In this document: positions 34,982-43,127 of the stretch, one piece after another
Layout: the number at the start of each line of letters is the position of its first letter
Position numbering within the stretch: position 1 is the stretch's first letter
From: an uncultured Bacilli bacterium
GTDB taxonomy: Bacteria; Bacillota_I; Bacilli_A; RF39; UBA660
DNA: 53,844 nucleotides
Reading direction: 5' to 3'
Assembly (NCBI GenBank): GCA_944358325.1
Contig: CALVQV010000002.1
Coordinates: 1-53,844 of the forward strand
Position numbers and translations under genes: made by a program
Notes under the pieces: model-generated
Databases searched by the model: none
Seen by the model: the letters and a program-made list of their open reading frames with translations, nothing else
What the model was told of the DNA's origin: nothing

Positions 34982-35920
34982 ATGAAAATAAGATTGGGGT
35001 ATGCTGTAATTCCCGTAACGTTACAGACATCATTTAAAACAATTAACTATACTAATTATAAAAAACTAGGTTCAAGTGGTAATGATAAATTAAAAGAGAT
35101 AATAGATTATAATCTTGATCATTTATTAGAGGTTTTAAAATATAATGTTTTAAATAAAATATATTTTTACCGATTTACGCATAATATCATACCACTTGCA
35201 ACTCATAATGATGTAGATTTTGATTATATTAATCCTTTTATAGATAAATGGCAAATGGTAGGAAAATATATAAAAGAACATAATATTCGTGTTGATACTC
35301 ATCCTGATCAATATTGTGTTTTAAATAGTTTTGATGAAGAGGTAATCAAAACAAGTATAGAAATGTTAGAATGTCAGTATCAAATTTTTAAAGCTATGAA
35401 TATCGATAGCATGTGTGTTATTCATATCGGAAGTGGTTATCCGAGTAAAGAAGAAGCTTTGGAGCGTTTTAAAAATAGTTTTTTAAAATTACCTGATCAT
35501 TTAAAAAAAATAATCATGTTAGAAAATGATGATAGAGTGTTTAATGCTAGTGAAGTTGTTAGTTTGTGTGAACAATTAAAAATTCCTTTTGTTTTTGACT
35601 ATCATCATAATCGTATTAATCGTTCACCTTTATCTTTTCAAAAATTATTACCACGAATTCTTGATACTTGGAAGGGTACTAAGTTTAATCCTAAAATGCA
35701 TATTTCAACTCCTAAAGATATGAAACATAAAATAAGTCATCATGATTATATTAGTTTAAAAGATTTTTTAAATTGGTTAGATGCTGTTAAAGAATCTAAT
35801 GCAAATATTGATTTAATGTTAGAATGTAAAATGAAAGATGAAGCTTTATTGAGATTACTTAGAATGCTTAAATTTTACACCAAACTAAAAATTACTAAGG
35901 AAAATATTATTGAACTTTAA
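34982..35920 (+). CDS. uvsE: UV damage endonuclease UvsE/UVDE
   Basis: The pattern IPLATH, HPDQY, IHIGSGY, MLENDD, IPFVFDYHH, HISTPK, HHDYI and IDLMLECKMKDEALLRL closely parallels B. subtilis UvsE as I recall it. Confidence 0.85.
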   Translation: MKIRLGYAVIPVTLQTSFKTINYTNYKKLGSSGNDKLKEIIDYNLDHLLEVLKYNVLNKIYFYRFTHNIIPLATHNDVDFDYINPFIDKWQMVGKYIKEHNIRVDTHPDQYCVLNSFDEEVIKTSIEMLECQYQIFKAMNIDSMCVIHIGSGYPSKEEALERFKNSFLKLPDHLKKIIMLENDDRVFNASEVVSLCEQLKIPFVFDYHHNRINRSPLSFQKLLPRILDTWKGTKFNPKMHISTPKDMKHKISHHDYISLKDFLNWLDAVKESNANIDLMLECKMKDEALLRLLRMLKFYTKLKITKENIIEL

Positions 35921-35926
35921 TATTTA

Positions 35927-35935
35927 TGTTATAAT
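35927..35935 (+). promoter_or_regulatory. Extended -10 element (TGtTATAAT) upstream of tex
   Basis: Read directly, 25 nt upstream of the ATG. Confidence 0.5.
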
Positions 35936-35959
35936 TATAATGCTAGAAAGAGGTATGAC

Positions 35960-38104
35960 ATGAATATTGAAATAATTAAAGAAATTAGTAATGAACTTAA
36001 TGTAAAAGATAGACAAGTAGAGAGCGTTTTAAAATTATTAGAAGAAGGAAATACAATTCCTTTTATTGCTCGTTATCGTAAAGAAGCAACTGGTGCTTTA
36101 GATGAAGAACAAATTAGAAAAATTAATGAAGTGTATACATATCAAGTTAATTTATTAAAACGTAAAGAAGATGTTATTCGTCTAATAGATGAAAAAGGGT
36201 TAATGACAGATGAATTACGTGAAAAAATTATGGCTTCTACTAAATTAGTCGAAGTAGAGGATTTATATCGTCCTTATAAAGAAAAGAAAAAGACAAAAGC
36301 AACTGATGCGATTAATAATGGCTTAGAACCACTTGCAAAAATGCTTATGGCTTTTCCAACTAAAGGTGATTTAAATACTATGGCATCTAAATTTATTAAT
36401 GATAAAGTTAAAAGTGTAGAAGAAGCTATTACAGGTGCTAAATATATTATCAGTGAATGGATTAGTGATAATGCTTCTTATCGTAAATGGATAAGAACAA
36501 ATACTTACTTATATGGCATTATTAGTTCTAAAAAGAAAAAAGATGCTGATGATTCGAATGAAACTTATCTTATGTATTATGATTATAGCGAAAATGTTAA
36601 AACTATTAAACCTCATCGTATTTTAGCTTTAAATCGTGGTGAGAATGAAAAAATATTAAATGTTAGTATTGATTATCCAAAAGAAAAAGTTTTAACTTAT
36701 TTAGAAAATAAAATCATTAAGAATAAAGATTCTTATGTTTGTGAAGTAGTTATAGAAGCTATTGAAGATGCTTATAAACGTTTAATTGCACCATCAATTG
36801 AAAGAGAAATTAGAAGTGAATTGACTGCCAAAGCTGAAGTTGTTGCGATTGATAATTTTTCTAAAAATTTAGAAAGATTATTAATGACACCACCAATGAA
36901 AGATAAAAAGGTGTTAGGTTTCGATCCAGCTTTTAGAACAGGATGTAAACTAGCAGTAATTGATCCAACAGGTAAAAAACTAGCAATTGAGGTAATATAT
37001 CCTCATGAACCTAAAAATGAAATTGAAGCATCTAAAAAGAAAGTGTTAGAATTAATTGATAAATATAATATTGATATTATTGCTATAGGTAACGGAACTG
37101 CTTCACGTGAAAGTGAAAAATTTATTGCTGATACAATTAAAGAAGCTAAAAGAAAAGTAGAATATATTATCGTTAGTGAAGCGGGAGCAAGTGTTTATAG
37201 TGCTTCTAAATTGGCCATTGATGAATTTCCTGATTTAACAGTTGAAAAAAGAAGTGCTATAAGTATTGGTAGAAGACTTCAAGATCCACTATCAGAATTA
37301 GTTAAAATAGATCCACAAAGTATTGGCGTCGGCTTATATCAACACGATGTTTCAAACAAAGAATTGACTAACTCTTTAGATTTTGTTGTCAGTAAAGCGG
37401 TTAACAGTGTTGGAGTTAATATTAATACAGCATCTCCTTCATTACTTAAATATGTATCTGGCATTACTAAAAAGAATATTGATAAAATATTAGAATATCG
37501 TGATAAAGCAGGACGAATTAATTCAAGAATGGAAATTAAGAAATTATTAAGCGATAAAGTTTACGAACAAGCTATTGGTTTTTTACGTATTGTTGATGGC
37601 AATAATGTTTTAGATGCTACGGCAATTCATCCAGAAAGTTATAATATTGCTATTAAATTATTACAAGAATTGAATTGTGATATTAAAGATATTGGTAGTG
37701 ATAATTTAGTATCTAAGCTAGATAGTTTAAATGTTAAAGAAACATCTGCAAAATTAAATACTGATATTTATACTTTAGAAGATATTATTTCATCACTTAA
37801 AAAGCCTAATCGTGATCCACGTGATAATATGCCTAAACCACTTTTACGAAGTGATATTTTAGATATTAGTGATTTGAAAGTAGGAATGAAATTACAAGGT
37901 ACTGTTCGTAATGTCGTTGATTTTGGTGTTTTCGTTGATATTGGCTTACATGATGATGGTTTAATTCATATTTCAAAATTATCTAATTCTTACGTTAAAC
38001 ATCCACTTGATGTTGTAAGTGTTGGAGATATTATTGATTGTTATGTTATCGATGTTAATAAAGAAAGAGGTAAAGTTAGTTTATCTTTATTAGAAAATAA
38101 TTAG
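35960..38104 (+). CDS. tex: Tex-like transcription accessory protein (YqgF/RuvC-like, HhH and S1 domains)
   Basis: N-terminus QVESVLKLLEEGNTIPFIARYRKEATG, and a C-terminal S1 domain (GMKLQGTVRNVVDFGVFVDIG...GLIHISK). Length 714 aa. Confidence 0.92.
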   Translation: MNIEIIKEISNELNVKDRQVESVLKLLEEGNTIPFIARYRKEATGALDEEQIRKINEVYTYQVNLLKRKEDVIRLIDEKGLMTDELREKIMASTKLVEVEDLYRPYKEKKKTKATDAINNGLEPLAKMLMAFPTKGDLNTMASKFINDKVKSVEEAITGAKYIISEWISDNASYRKWIRTNTYLYGIISSKKKKDADDSNETYLMYYDYSENVKTIKPHRILALNRGENEKILNVSIDYPKEKVLTYLENKIIKNKDSYVCEVVIEAIEDAYKRLIAPSIEREIRSELTAKAEVVAIDNFSKNLERLLMTPPMKDKKVLGFDPAFRTGCKLAVIDPTGKKLAIEVIYPHEPKNEIEASKKKVLELIDKYNIDIIAIGNGTASRESEKFIADTIKEAKRKVEYIIVSEAGASVYSASKLAIDEFPDLTVEKRSAISIGRRLQDPLSELVKIDPQSIGVGLYQHDVSNKELTNSLDFVVSKAVNSVGVNINTASPSLLKYVSGITKKNIDKILEYRDKAGRINSRMEIKKLLSDKVYEQAIGFLRIVDGNNVLDATAIHPESYNIAIKLLQELNCDIKDIGSDNLVSKLDSLNVKETSAKLNTDIYTLEDIISSLKKPNRDPRDNMPKPLLRSDILDISDLKVGMKLQGTVRNVVDFGVFVDIGLHDDGLIHISKLSNSYVKHPLDVVSVGDIIDCYVIDVNKERGKVSLSLLENN

Positions 38105-38256
38105 ATTTCACTGTTTGTTCATATATTTATCACAAAAGAATTGTATTATGTAATTAGTTCGGAGGTGATAGATAGAAAAAATAGGTGAACCCTACAATTA
38201 AGATAAACAAATACACTCCTAAAATATAGATTAAGCACATTTCGTGCATTAAACCC

Positions 38257-38282
38257 AAGGATACTTTTGTATCCTTTTTTTG
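38257..38282 (+). terminator. Intrinsic terminator about 150 nt downstream of the tex stop
   Basis: AAGGATAC-tttt-GTATCCTT hairpin plus T-run. Confidence 0.8.
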
Positions 38283-38303
38283 TTTTAAATTAATGTTTTT
38301 TAC

Positions 38304-38332
38304 TTGTTTATCATTAGTAAACAATGTATAAT
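38304..38332 (+). promoter_or_regulatory. rnf operon promoter (-35 TTGTTT, 17-nt spacer, -10 TATAAT) containing the inverted repeat TTGTTTA-N7-TAAACAA
   Basis: Hexamers at 38304-38309 and 38327-38332. Inverted-repeat arms at 38304-38310 and 38318-38324. Confidence 0.55.
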
Positions 38333-38360
38333 TATAGTGAATATAGGATGGAGTGATAAA

Positions 38361-39629
38361 ATGAAAGGTAAAAAAATACCAGGATTTAAAAAAATGTCTT
38401 CTAACAAAAAAATAGGAGTATATACTAAACCTTCAATTGTCTATATTCCACTTGTTAATCAAAATGATGATAATATAACTCTTTTAGTTAAAAAGGGTGA
38501 TTATGTATATAAAGGTAGTATTTTAGGTAAACGTAAAGGAGTTTTACGTATTCCTATTTTGTCTAGTGTTAGTGGAACAGTTATTGATTTTGTTGAAAGA
38601 CATTATGCTAATGGCAATATAGTTAAATGTGTAGCTATTGAAAATGATTTTAAAGAAAAAGTAGAAAAAGAAATTAAGCGTAAAGAAATAAATAAACTAT
38701 CTAAAGAAGAATTTATCAATATTATTCGTGATAAAGGTATTGTAGGTATGGGAGGTAGTGGTTTTCCAACTTATGTAAAATATGATACGGATAAAAAAAT
38801 TAATACTTTAATTATTAATGCTGTAGAATGTGAACCATATATTACTGCTGATTTTGCTCTTATAAATGAACATTGTGAAGAAATCTTAGAAGCTATTGAT
38901 GCTATTTTAGATATTAATAATATTGACGAGGCTATTATTGCAGTTAAAAAGAGCAACACACAATTAGTTAAAATTTTAGAAAATAATGTTGGTTCTTATT
39001 TACGAATGAAGATTAGTAAAGTTCCTAATTTTTATCCAATGGGTTGGGAAAAAAACTTAGTTGAATTTGTTAAGCATGTAACATATAAAAAATTACCTAG
39101 TGAAAAAGGCATAATTGTAAATAATGTGGCTACTATTTATGCAATATATGAAGCTTTAAAATATGATAAACCCCTTGTTGAACGTGTTGTTACTTTTACA
39201 GGAGAAAAATTGAAATCTCCTCAAAATGTTTTGGTTAAAGTTGGAACTCCAGTTAGTGAAGTAATTGAAATTATTGGTGGATATAAGAAATATAAAGATT
39301 TATTATTTGTTGCAGGTGGACCAATGATGGGAATTAGTCTTCCAAATGATGATTTAGTAGTTAGTCCTAACTTGAATTGTGTTTTAGCGCTTTATGATAA
39401 AAAAGAAGAATTAGTAACACAATGTTTAAGATGTGGTAAATGTGTTGAGGTTTGTCCAGCTAAATTAGTTCCAGTTATGGTAAAAGACAATATTAATAAA
39501 CCTGAACGTTTAAAAGAATTAAGACCAGATCGTTGTATTAGTTGTGGTTTATGTACATATGTCTGTCCTGCAAGAATTAATGTTCGTGAATACATTAAAG
39601 CAGCTAAAGAAAGACTAAGAGGTGAGTAA
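38361..39629 (+). CDS. rnfC: Rnf electron transport complex subunit C
   Basis: GMGGSGFPT nucleotide/FMN-binding motif and two 4Fe-4S motifs (CLRCGKCVEVCP, CISCGLCTYVCP). The GGATGGAG RBS fits the ATG at 38361; the track's TTG at 38304 lies inside the promoter. Confidence 0.92.
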   Translation: MKGKKIPGFKKMSSNKKIGVYTKPSIVYIPLVNQNDDNITLLVKKGDYVYKGSILGKRKGVLRIPILSSVSGTVIDFVERHYANGNIVKCVAIENDFKEKVEKEIKRKEINKLSKEEFINIIRDKGIVGMGGSGFPTYVKYDTDKKINTLIINAVECEPYITADFALINEHCEEILEAIDAILDINNIDEAIIAVKKSNTQLVKILENNVGSYLRMKISKVPNFYPMGWEKNLVEFVKHVTYKKLPSEKGIIVNNVATIYAIYEALKYDKPLVERVVTFTGEKLKSPQNVLVKVGTPVSEVIEIIGGYKKYKDLLFVAGGPMMGISLPNDDLVVSPNLNCVLALYDKKEELVTQCLRCGKCVEVCPAKLVPVMVKDNINKPERLKELRPDRCISCGLCTYVCPARINVREYIKAAKERLRGE

Positions 39630-39630
39630 G

Positions 39631-41418
39631 ATGGAAGATTTACGTGTAGTTAAAGGAACTTATATTAAATCTAAACAAAAGACAAACAAAATGATGCTAC
39701 ATCTATTTATTGCTTTACTTCCAATTATTGCATTTACTTTTTATAAAAATGGAATACAACCTTATCTAGTTGGTGACGCAACTACTTTTGGTTTATTTTA
39801 TCCATTAATTTTTATTGGTGTTGGTGTTTTAACCACTACAATTATTGAAAGTTTATACTTATTTATTGTTAAAAAGGAAAGAGGGAAAGCTTTTTTTAGA
39901 GCAGTTTTAAATAGTTATTGTTTTTTTCCAGGATTATTTATGAGCCTTATTTTACCAATTAATACACCATTATGGATTGTTGTGTTTGGTGGCTTTTTTG
40001 CTAGTATAGTAGGAAAACTTATTTTCGGTGGTTTTGGTAATAATATTTTTAATCCTGCTTTAATTGGTAGATTAGCTATTATGGCCTCATTTGCTGCAAC
40101 TATTGCTAGTAATGGAGGTTATTTAAATCCAACGGAATTAGATGCGGTTACAACGGCTACTCCTCTTACTAATGCTTCTATGCTTAGTGATATTGGTACT
40201 TATAGTACTTTAGTAGAACCTTATGGTTCACTATGGAATTTCTTTATTGGAACAATTCCTGGTGCTTTAGGTGAAACAAGTGCTTTGTTATGCTTAATTG
40301 CTTTTATTTATTTAACTATAACTAAGACAATAAAATGGAAGATACCAGCAGTTTATGTGACAACGGTTTTCTTCTTAACTTATATGATAGGTAGTTATAA
40401 TGATTTGGGTATTTGGTATCCATTATTTCAAATAATGAGTGGTGGTTTATTATTTGGTGCTGTTTTTATGGCAACTGATCCTGTTACTAGTCCAGTAACC
40501 CCAATTGCGCAAATTCTTTATGGTTTATTTCTTGGTATTTTAACAGTTTTCTTCCGTTATATGACAAGTTTACCGGAAGGTGTTTTGACAAGTATTTTAA
40601 TTATGAATATGTTTGTTTTCATTTTAGATCGTATCGGTTCAAAAGCTCGATTCAAACTTAGTTCAGCTATTTTACCTTTTATTATAGCTTGGGCTTTAAT
40701 TTTAGGTGGCGGTTTCTATATATCTAATAGTTTTGCAAATATCAATATTGAAACTGATCCAAACTATAATATTATTTCTAAAGAAACAAATGGTAATAAA
40801 ACTACTTATATTGCGACACAAAAAGGATATTCTAGTAATATTAAGGGTAAAATAATTATAAGTGATGGTAAAATTATTTCTTATGAAATATTAGATCAAA
40901 ATGATAGCTTCTTTGCTAAAGTAGAAGAAAACGATTATACAGATAAATTTATTAATACTACTAATTTAGATAATATTGATACTATTACAGGTGCGACTGT
41001 TTCATCAACAGCTGTTAAAAAATTAGCAATTAACACTTTGCTTGATTATAATAGTGGTAGTGATGATATTGAAGGCGATGGTGATTTGGAAGAACCAGTT
41101 AGCGATTTCAATATTATATCTAAAAATGTAGAAGGTAATATAACAACATATGTTGCTACGCAAAAAGGTTTTCAAAGTTTAATTAAATGCCAAGTTGTTC
41201 TTACTGATGGTGTTGTTACAAGTTATGAAGTATTAGAACAAGGAGATAGTTATTTTACAATTGTTGCTAATGCTAATTATGTTGATACCTTAATTAATAA
41301 TCAAAATAATTTACAAGAATTAGATACTGTTAGTGGTGCAACGTATTCATCTAAAGCTTTAAAACAATTACTAATTAATGTTTTAGAAGATTATCGAGGA
41401 GAAACAAATGAAGAATAA
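39631..41418 (+). CDS. rnfD: RnfD fused in frame to an RnfG-like TM helix and two tandem FMN-binding domains
   Basis: The RnfD core (DAVTTATPLT flavinylation-type motif, MATDPVTSP) ends near LDRIGSKARFK (~40650). An extra TM follows, then two ~114-aa FMN_bind-like repeats carrying TGATVSS and SGATYSS. No separate rnfG gene is present. Confidence 0.9.
   Translation: MEDLRVVKGTYIKSKQKTNKMMLHLFIALLPIIAFTFYKNGIQPYLVGDATTFGLFYPLIFIGVGVLTTTIIESLYLFIVKKERGKAFFRAVLNSYCFFPGLFMSLILPINTPLWIVVFGGFFASIVGKLIFGGFGNNIFNPALIGRLAIMASFAATIASNGGYLNPTELDAVTTATPLTNASMLSDIGTYSTLVEPYGSLWNFFIGTIPGALGETSALLCLIAFIYLTITKTIKWKIPAVYVTTVFFLTYMIGSYNDLGIWYPLFQIMSGGLLFGAVFMATDPVTSPVTPIAQILYGLFLGILTVFFRYMTSLPEGVLTSILIMNMFVFILDRIGSKARFKLSSAILPFIIAWALILGGGFYISNSFANINIETDPNYNIISKETNGNKTTYIATQKGYSSNIKGKIIISDGKIISYEILDQNDSFFAKVEENDYTDKFINTTNLDNIDTITGATVSSTAVKKLAINTLLDYNSGSDDIEGDGDLEEPVSDFNIISKNVEGNITTYVATQKGFQSLIKCQVVLTDGVVTSYEVLEQGDSYFTIVANANYVDTLINNQNNLQELDTVSGATYSSKALKQLLINVLEDYRGETNEE
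40768..41400 (+). repeat. In-frame tandem duplication of an FMN-binding (RnfG/NqrC-type) domain, period 342 nt
   Basis: NIISKETNGNKTTYIATQKGYSS...DTITGATVSSTAVKKLAINTLLDY aligned against NIISKNVEGNITTYVATQKGFQS...DTVSGATYSSKALKQLLINVLEDY. Confidence 0.9.
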
Positions 41419-41500
41419 AAAAATATGGGGAATTCTAGTTTTAACTATAGTTGCCTTAATTTGTTCTAGTCTAATATATTTAGTCTATGAACTAGTATAG
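41408..41500 (+). CDS. Candidate 30-aa single-TM micro-protein (MKNKKIWGILVLTIVALICSSLIYLVYELV)
   Basis: AGGAGA RBS 5 nt upstream. It overlaps the rnfD-G stop by 11 nt and ends 8 nt before rnfE. Confidence 0.4.
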   Translation: MKNKKIWGILVLTIVALICSSLIYLVYELV

Positions 41501-41508
41501 GAGAAAAT

Positions 41509-42135
41509 ATGAAAACAATTATAAATGGTATTTTCAAAGAAAATCCAGTTTTAATTTTACTTCTTGGTTTATGTTCAGCACTAGCTGTAACAACAACTTT
41601 GGAAAGTGCCTATATCATGGGATTTTGTGTTCTTGTTGTTTTAATTGCTTCAGAATTTCTAGTATCAATGATTAAAAAGATAGTACCAGATAATGTTAAA
41701 ATTCCAACTTATATTTTAATTATAGGAACTTTTGTTACGATTGTTGAAATTTTATTATCCAAATTTGTTCCTAATGTTTATGAAGTATTAAATATCTATT
41801 TACCTTTAATTATTGTTAATTGTATTGTTTTAGGTAGATGTTTAAATATTGCCAGTAAAAAAAGTATTGGTTATAGTTTACTCGATGCGATTGGAATGGG
41901 GTTAGGGTATACTTTAGCCCTTTCCATGATTGCTTTTATAAGAGAATTATTTGGTAGCGGCACTATAACTTTAATTGATAATTTAAGTACACTAACAAAA
42001 TCTAAATTTATTATTGAAGTTTTTGATAAAAGTTATTTACCTAATTTTTTAGTTAGTCCATCAGGTGCATTCCTAGTTGTTGGTTTTTTACTAGCTTTTA
42101 TTAATTTTGTTAAAGAAAAGAAGGTGCATAAATAA
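41509..42135 (+). CDS. rnfE: Rnf complex subunit E
   Basis: FKENPVLILLLGLCSALAVTT N-terminal signature. Polytopic, 208 aa. Operon position. Confidence 0.9.
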   Translation: MKTIINGIFKENPVLILLLGLCSALAVTTTLESAYIMGFCVLVVLIASEFLVSMIKKIVPDNVKIPTYILIIGTFVTIVEILLSKFVPNVYEVLNIYLPLIIVNCIVLGRCLNIASKKSIGYSLLDAIGMGLGYTLALSMIAFIRELFGSGTITLIDNLSTLTKSKFIIEVFDKSYLPNFLVSPSGAFLVVGFLLAFINFVKEKKVHK

Positions 42136-42692
42136 TGTGGCAATTATTTTTTACTAGTATTTTTAGTTCTAATATTGTTCTTACTAAATTTTTAGGTTTA
42201 TGTCCTTTTTTTGGTACTAGTACAGAACGTAAAAAAGCTATAACAATGGGTTTTTTAGTAGTTTTAGTTGTTACTTTAGCAAGTTTAATTTCTTATGGTT
42301 TATATTATTATGTTCTAGTTCCTTATGATGCGGAATATTTAAAGACCATTACTTTTATTTTAGTTATTGCTTCATTAGTTCAAATATTTGAATTATTAAT
42401 TCGTAAGTTTAATAAAAAATTATATGAAAGTTTAGGACTTTATTTACCACTTATTACGACTAATTGTGCAGTTTTAGGTGTTGTTCTTCTAAATATTAAT
42501 AATTCTTATACTTTGTTAGAAACCTTAGTTTTTAGCTTAGGTAGTAGCCTAGGATTTATGTTTATTATTTATCTTTTCGCAACTATTCGTGAATATCTTG
42601 ATACGCGTAATATGCCTACTTGTTTTAAAGGTTATCCCATTGCTTTTATTATTGCTTTTATTATGACAATTTTATTTGGGAGATTTAACTAA
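42135..42692 (+). CDS. rnfA: Rnf complex subunit A
   Basis: NIVLTKFLGLCPFFGTS signature. Polytopic, 185 aa. ATAATG overlap with rnfE. Confidence 0.9.
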   Translation: MWQLFFTSIFSSNIVLTKFLGLCPFFGTSTERKKAITMGFLVVLVVTLASLISYGLYYYVLVPYDAEYLKTITFILVIASLVQIFELLIRKFNKKLYESLGLYLPLITTNCAVLGVVLLNINNSYTLLETLVFSLGSSLGFMFIIYLFATIREYLDTRNMPTCFKGYPIAFIIAFIMTILFGRFN

Positions 42693-42802
42693 TGCCTTAT
42701 TTGTTAATTATCTGTTTGATGGTTTTTACTTTTGTTTTATATAAAATTAATAATCGCAAATGTAATCATAATTGTATGAATTGTCGTAGGTGTTTGAAAT
42801 GA
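42692..42802 (+). CDS. Candidate 36-aa TM plus Cys-cluster micro-protein (MPYLLIICLMVFTFVLYKINNRKCNHNCMNCRRCLK)
   Basis: TAATG overlap with the rnfA stop, GGGAGA RBS 8 nt upstream, and a TGA that overlaps the rnfB ATGATG. It carries a CX3CX2CX2C motif. Confidence 0.35.
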   Translation: MPYLLIICLMVFTFVLYKINNRKCNHNCMNCRRCLK

Positions 42803-43071
42803 TGGGAATTATTATTTTAACAGGCATCGCTTTTATTATGAGTGTCATTTTAGTAACTTTAGATATTATATTAAATAAGCGTAAAACTCATGCTGAAAAG
42901 ATCTTAGAATATCTTCCCGGTTATAATTGTGGCGCATGTGGTTTTGGTAGTTGTATAGGGATGGCCAAAATGTTAACTAAGGATAAAGAAGCATATCATA
43001 AGTGTCGTATTCTAAAAGGTGAAAGTTTGCAAAAATTAGAGGAATATTTAAATAAAGAGGTTAAAAAATAA
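42799..43071 (+). CDS. rnfB: Minimal RnfB (TM helix plus a single CX2CX4CX16C Fe-S domain, no ferredoxin-type domains)
   Basis: LPGYNCGACGFGSCIGMAKMLTKDKEAYHKC matches the RnfB N-terminal Fe-S domain. The protein ends after ~90 aa and a terminator follows. The start is ATG 42799 or 42802 (AGGTG RBS); the track's GTG at 42790 is less likely. Confidence 0.85.
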   Translation: MMGIIILTGIAFIMSVILVTLDIILNKRKTHAEKILEYLPGYNCGACGFGSCIGMAKMLTKDKEAYHKCRILKGESLQKLEEYLNKEVKK

Positions 43072-43083
43072 CCTCTTTATTTG
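43054..43083 (+). terminator. Intrinsic terminator overlapping the rnfB stop
   Basis: AAAGAGGTT...AACCTCTTT hairpin. Confidence 0.75.
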
Positions 43084-43109
43084 CGCTTTAATACCTTGCA
43101 TGTTATAAT
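43081..43109 (+). promoter_or_regulatory. Promoter (-35 TTGCGC, 17-nt spacer, TGtTATAAT)
   Basis: Hexamers at 43081-43086 and 43104-43109. Confidence 0.6.
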
Positions 43110-43127
43110 ACTTCCAGGTGATTTAAT

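Noticed and set aside
38304-38360. N-terminal extensions offered by the ORF track for rnfC (TTG 38304). The same applies to the U32 gene (21030), the NodB-like gene (20133), CHAP (31020), dinB (31663), RhuM-Doc (33990), rnfD (39622), rnfB (42790), addA (50651) and the 17823 ORF.
   Set aside because: In each case a Shine-Dalgarno sequence sits at proper spacing before an internal ATG. The extension either overlaps promoter or terminator elements or starts inside the RBS itself.
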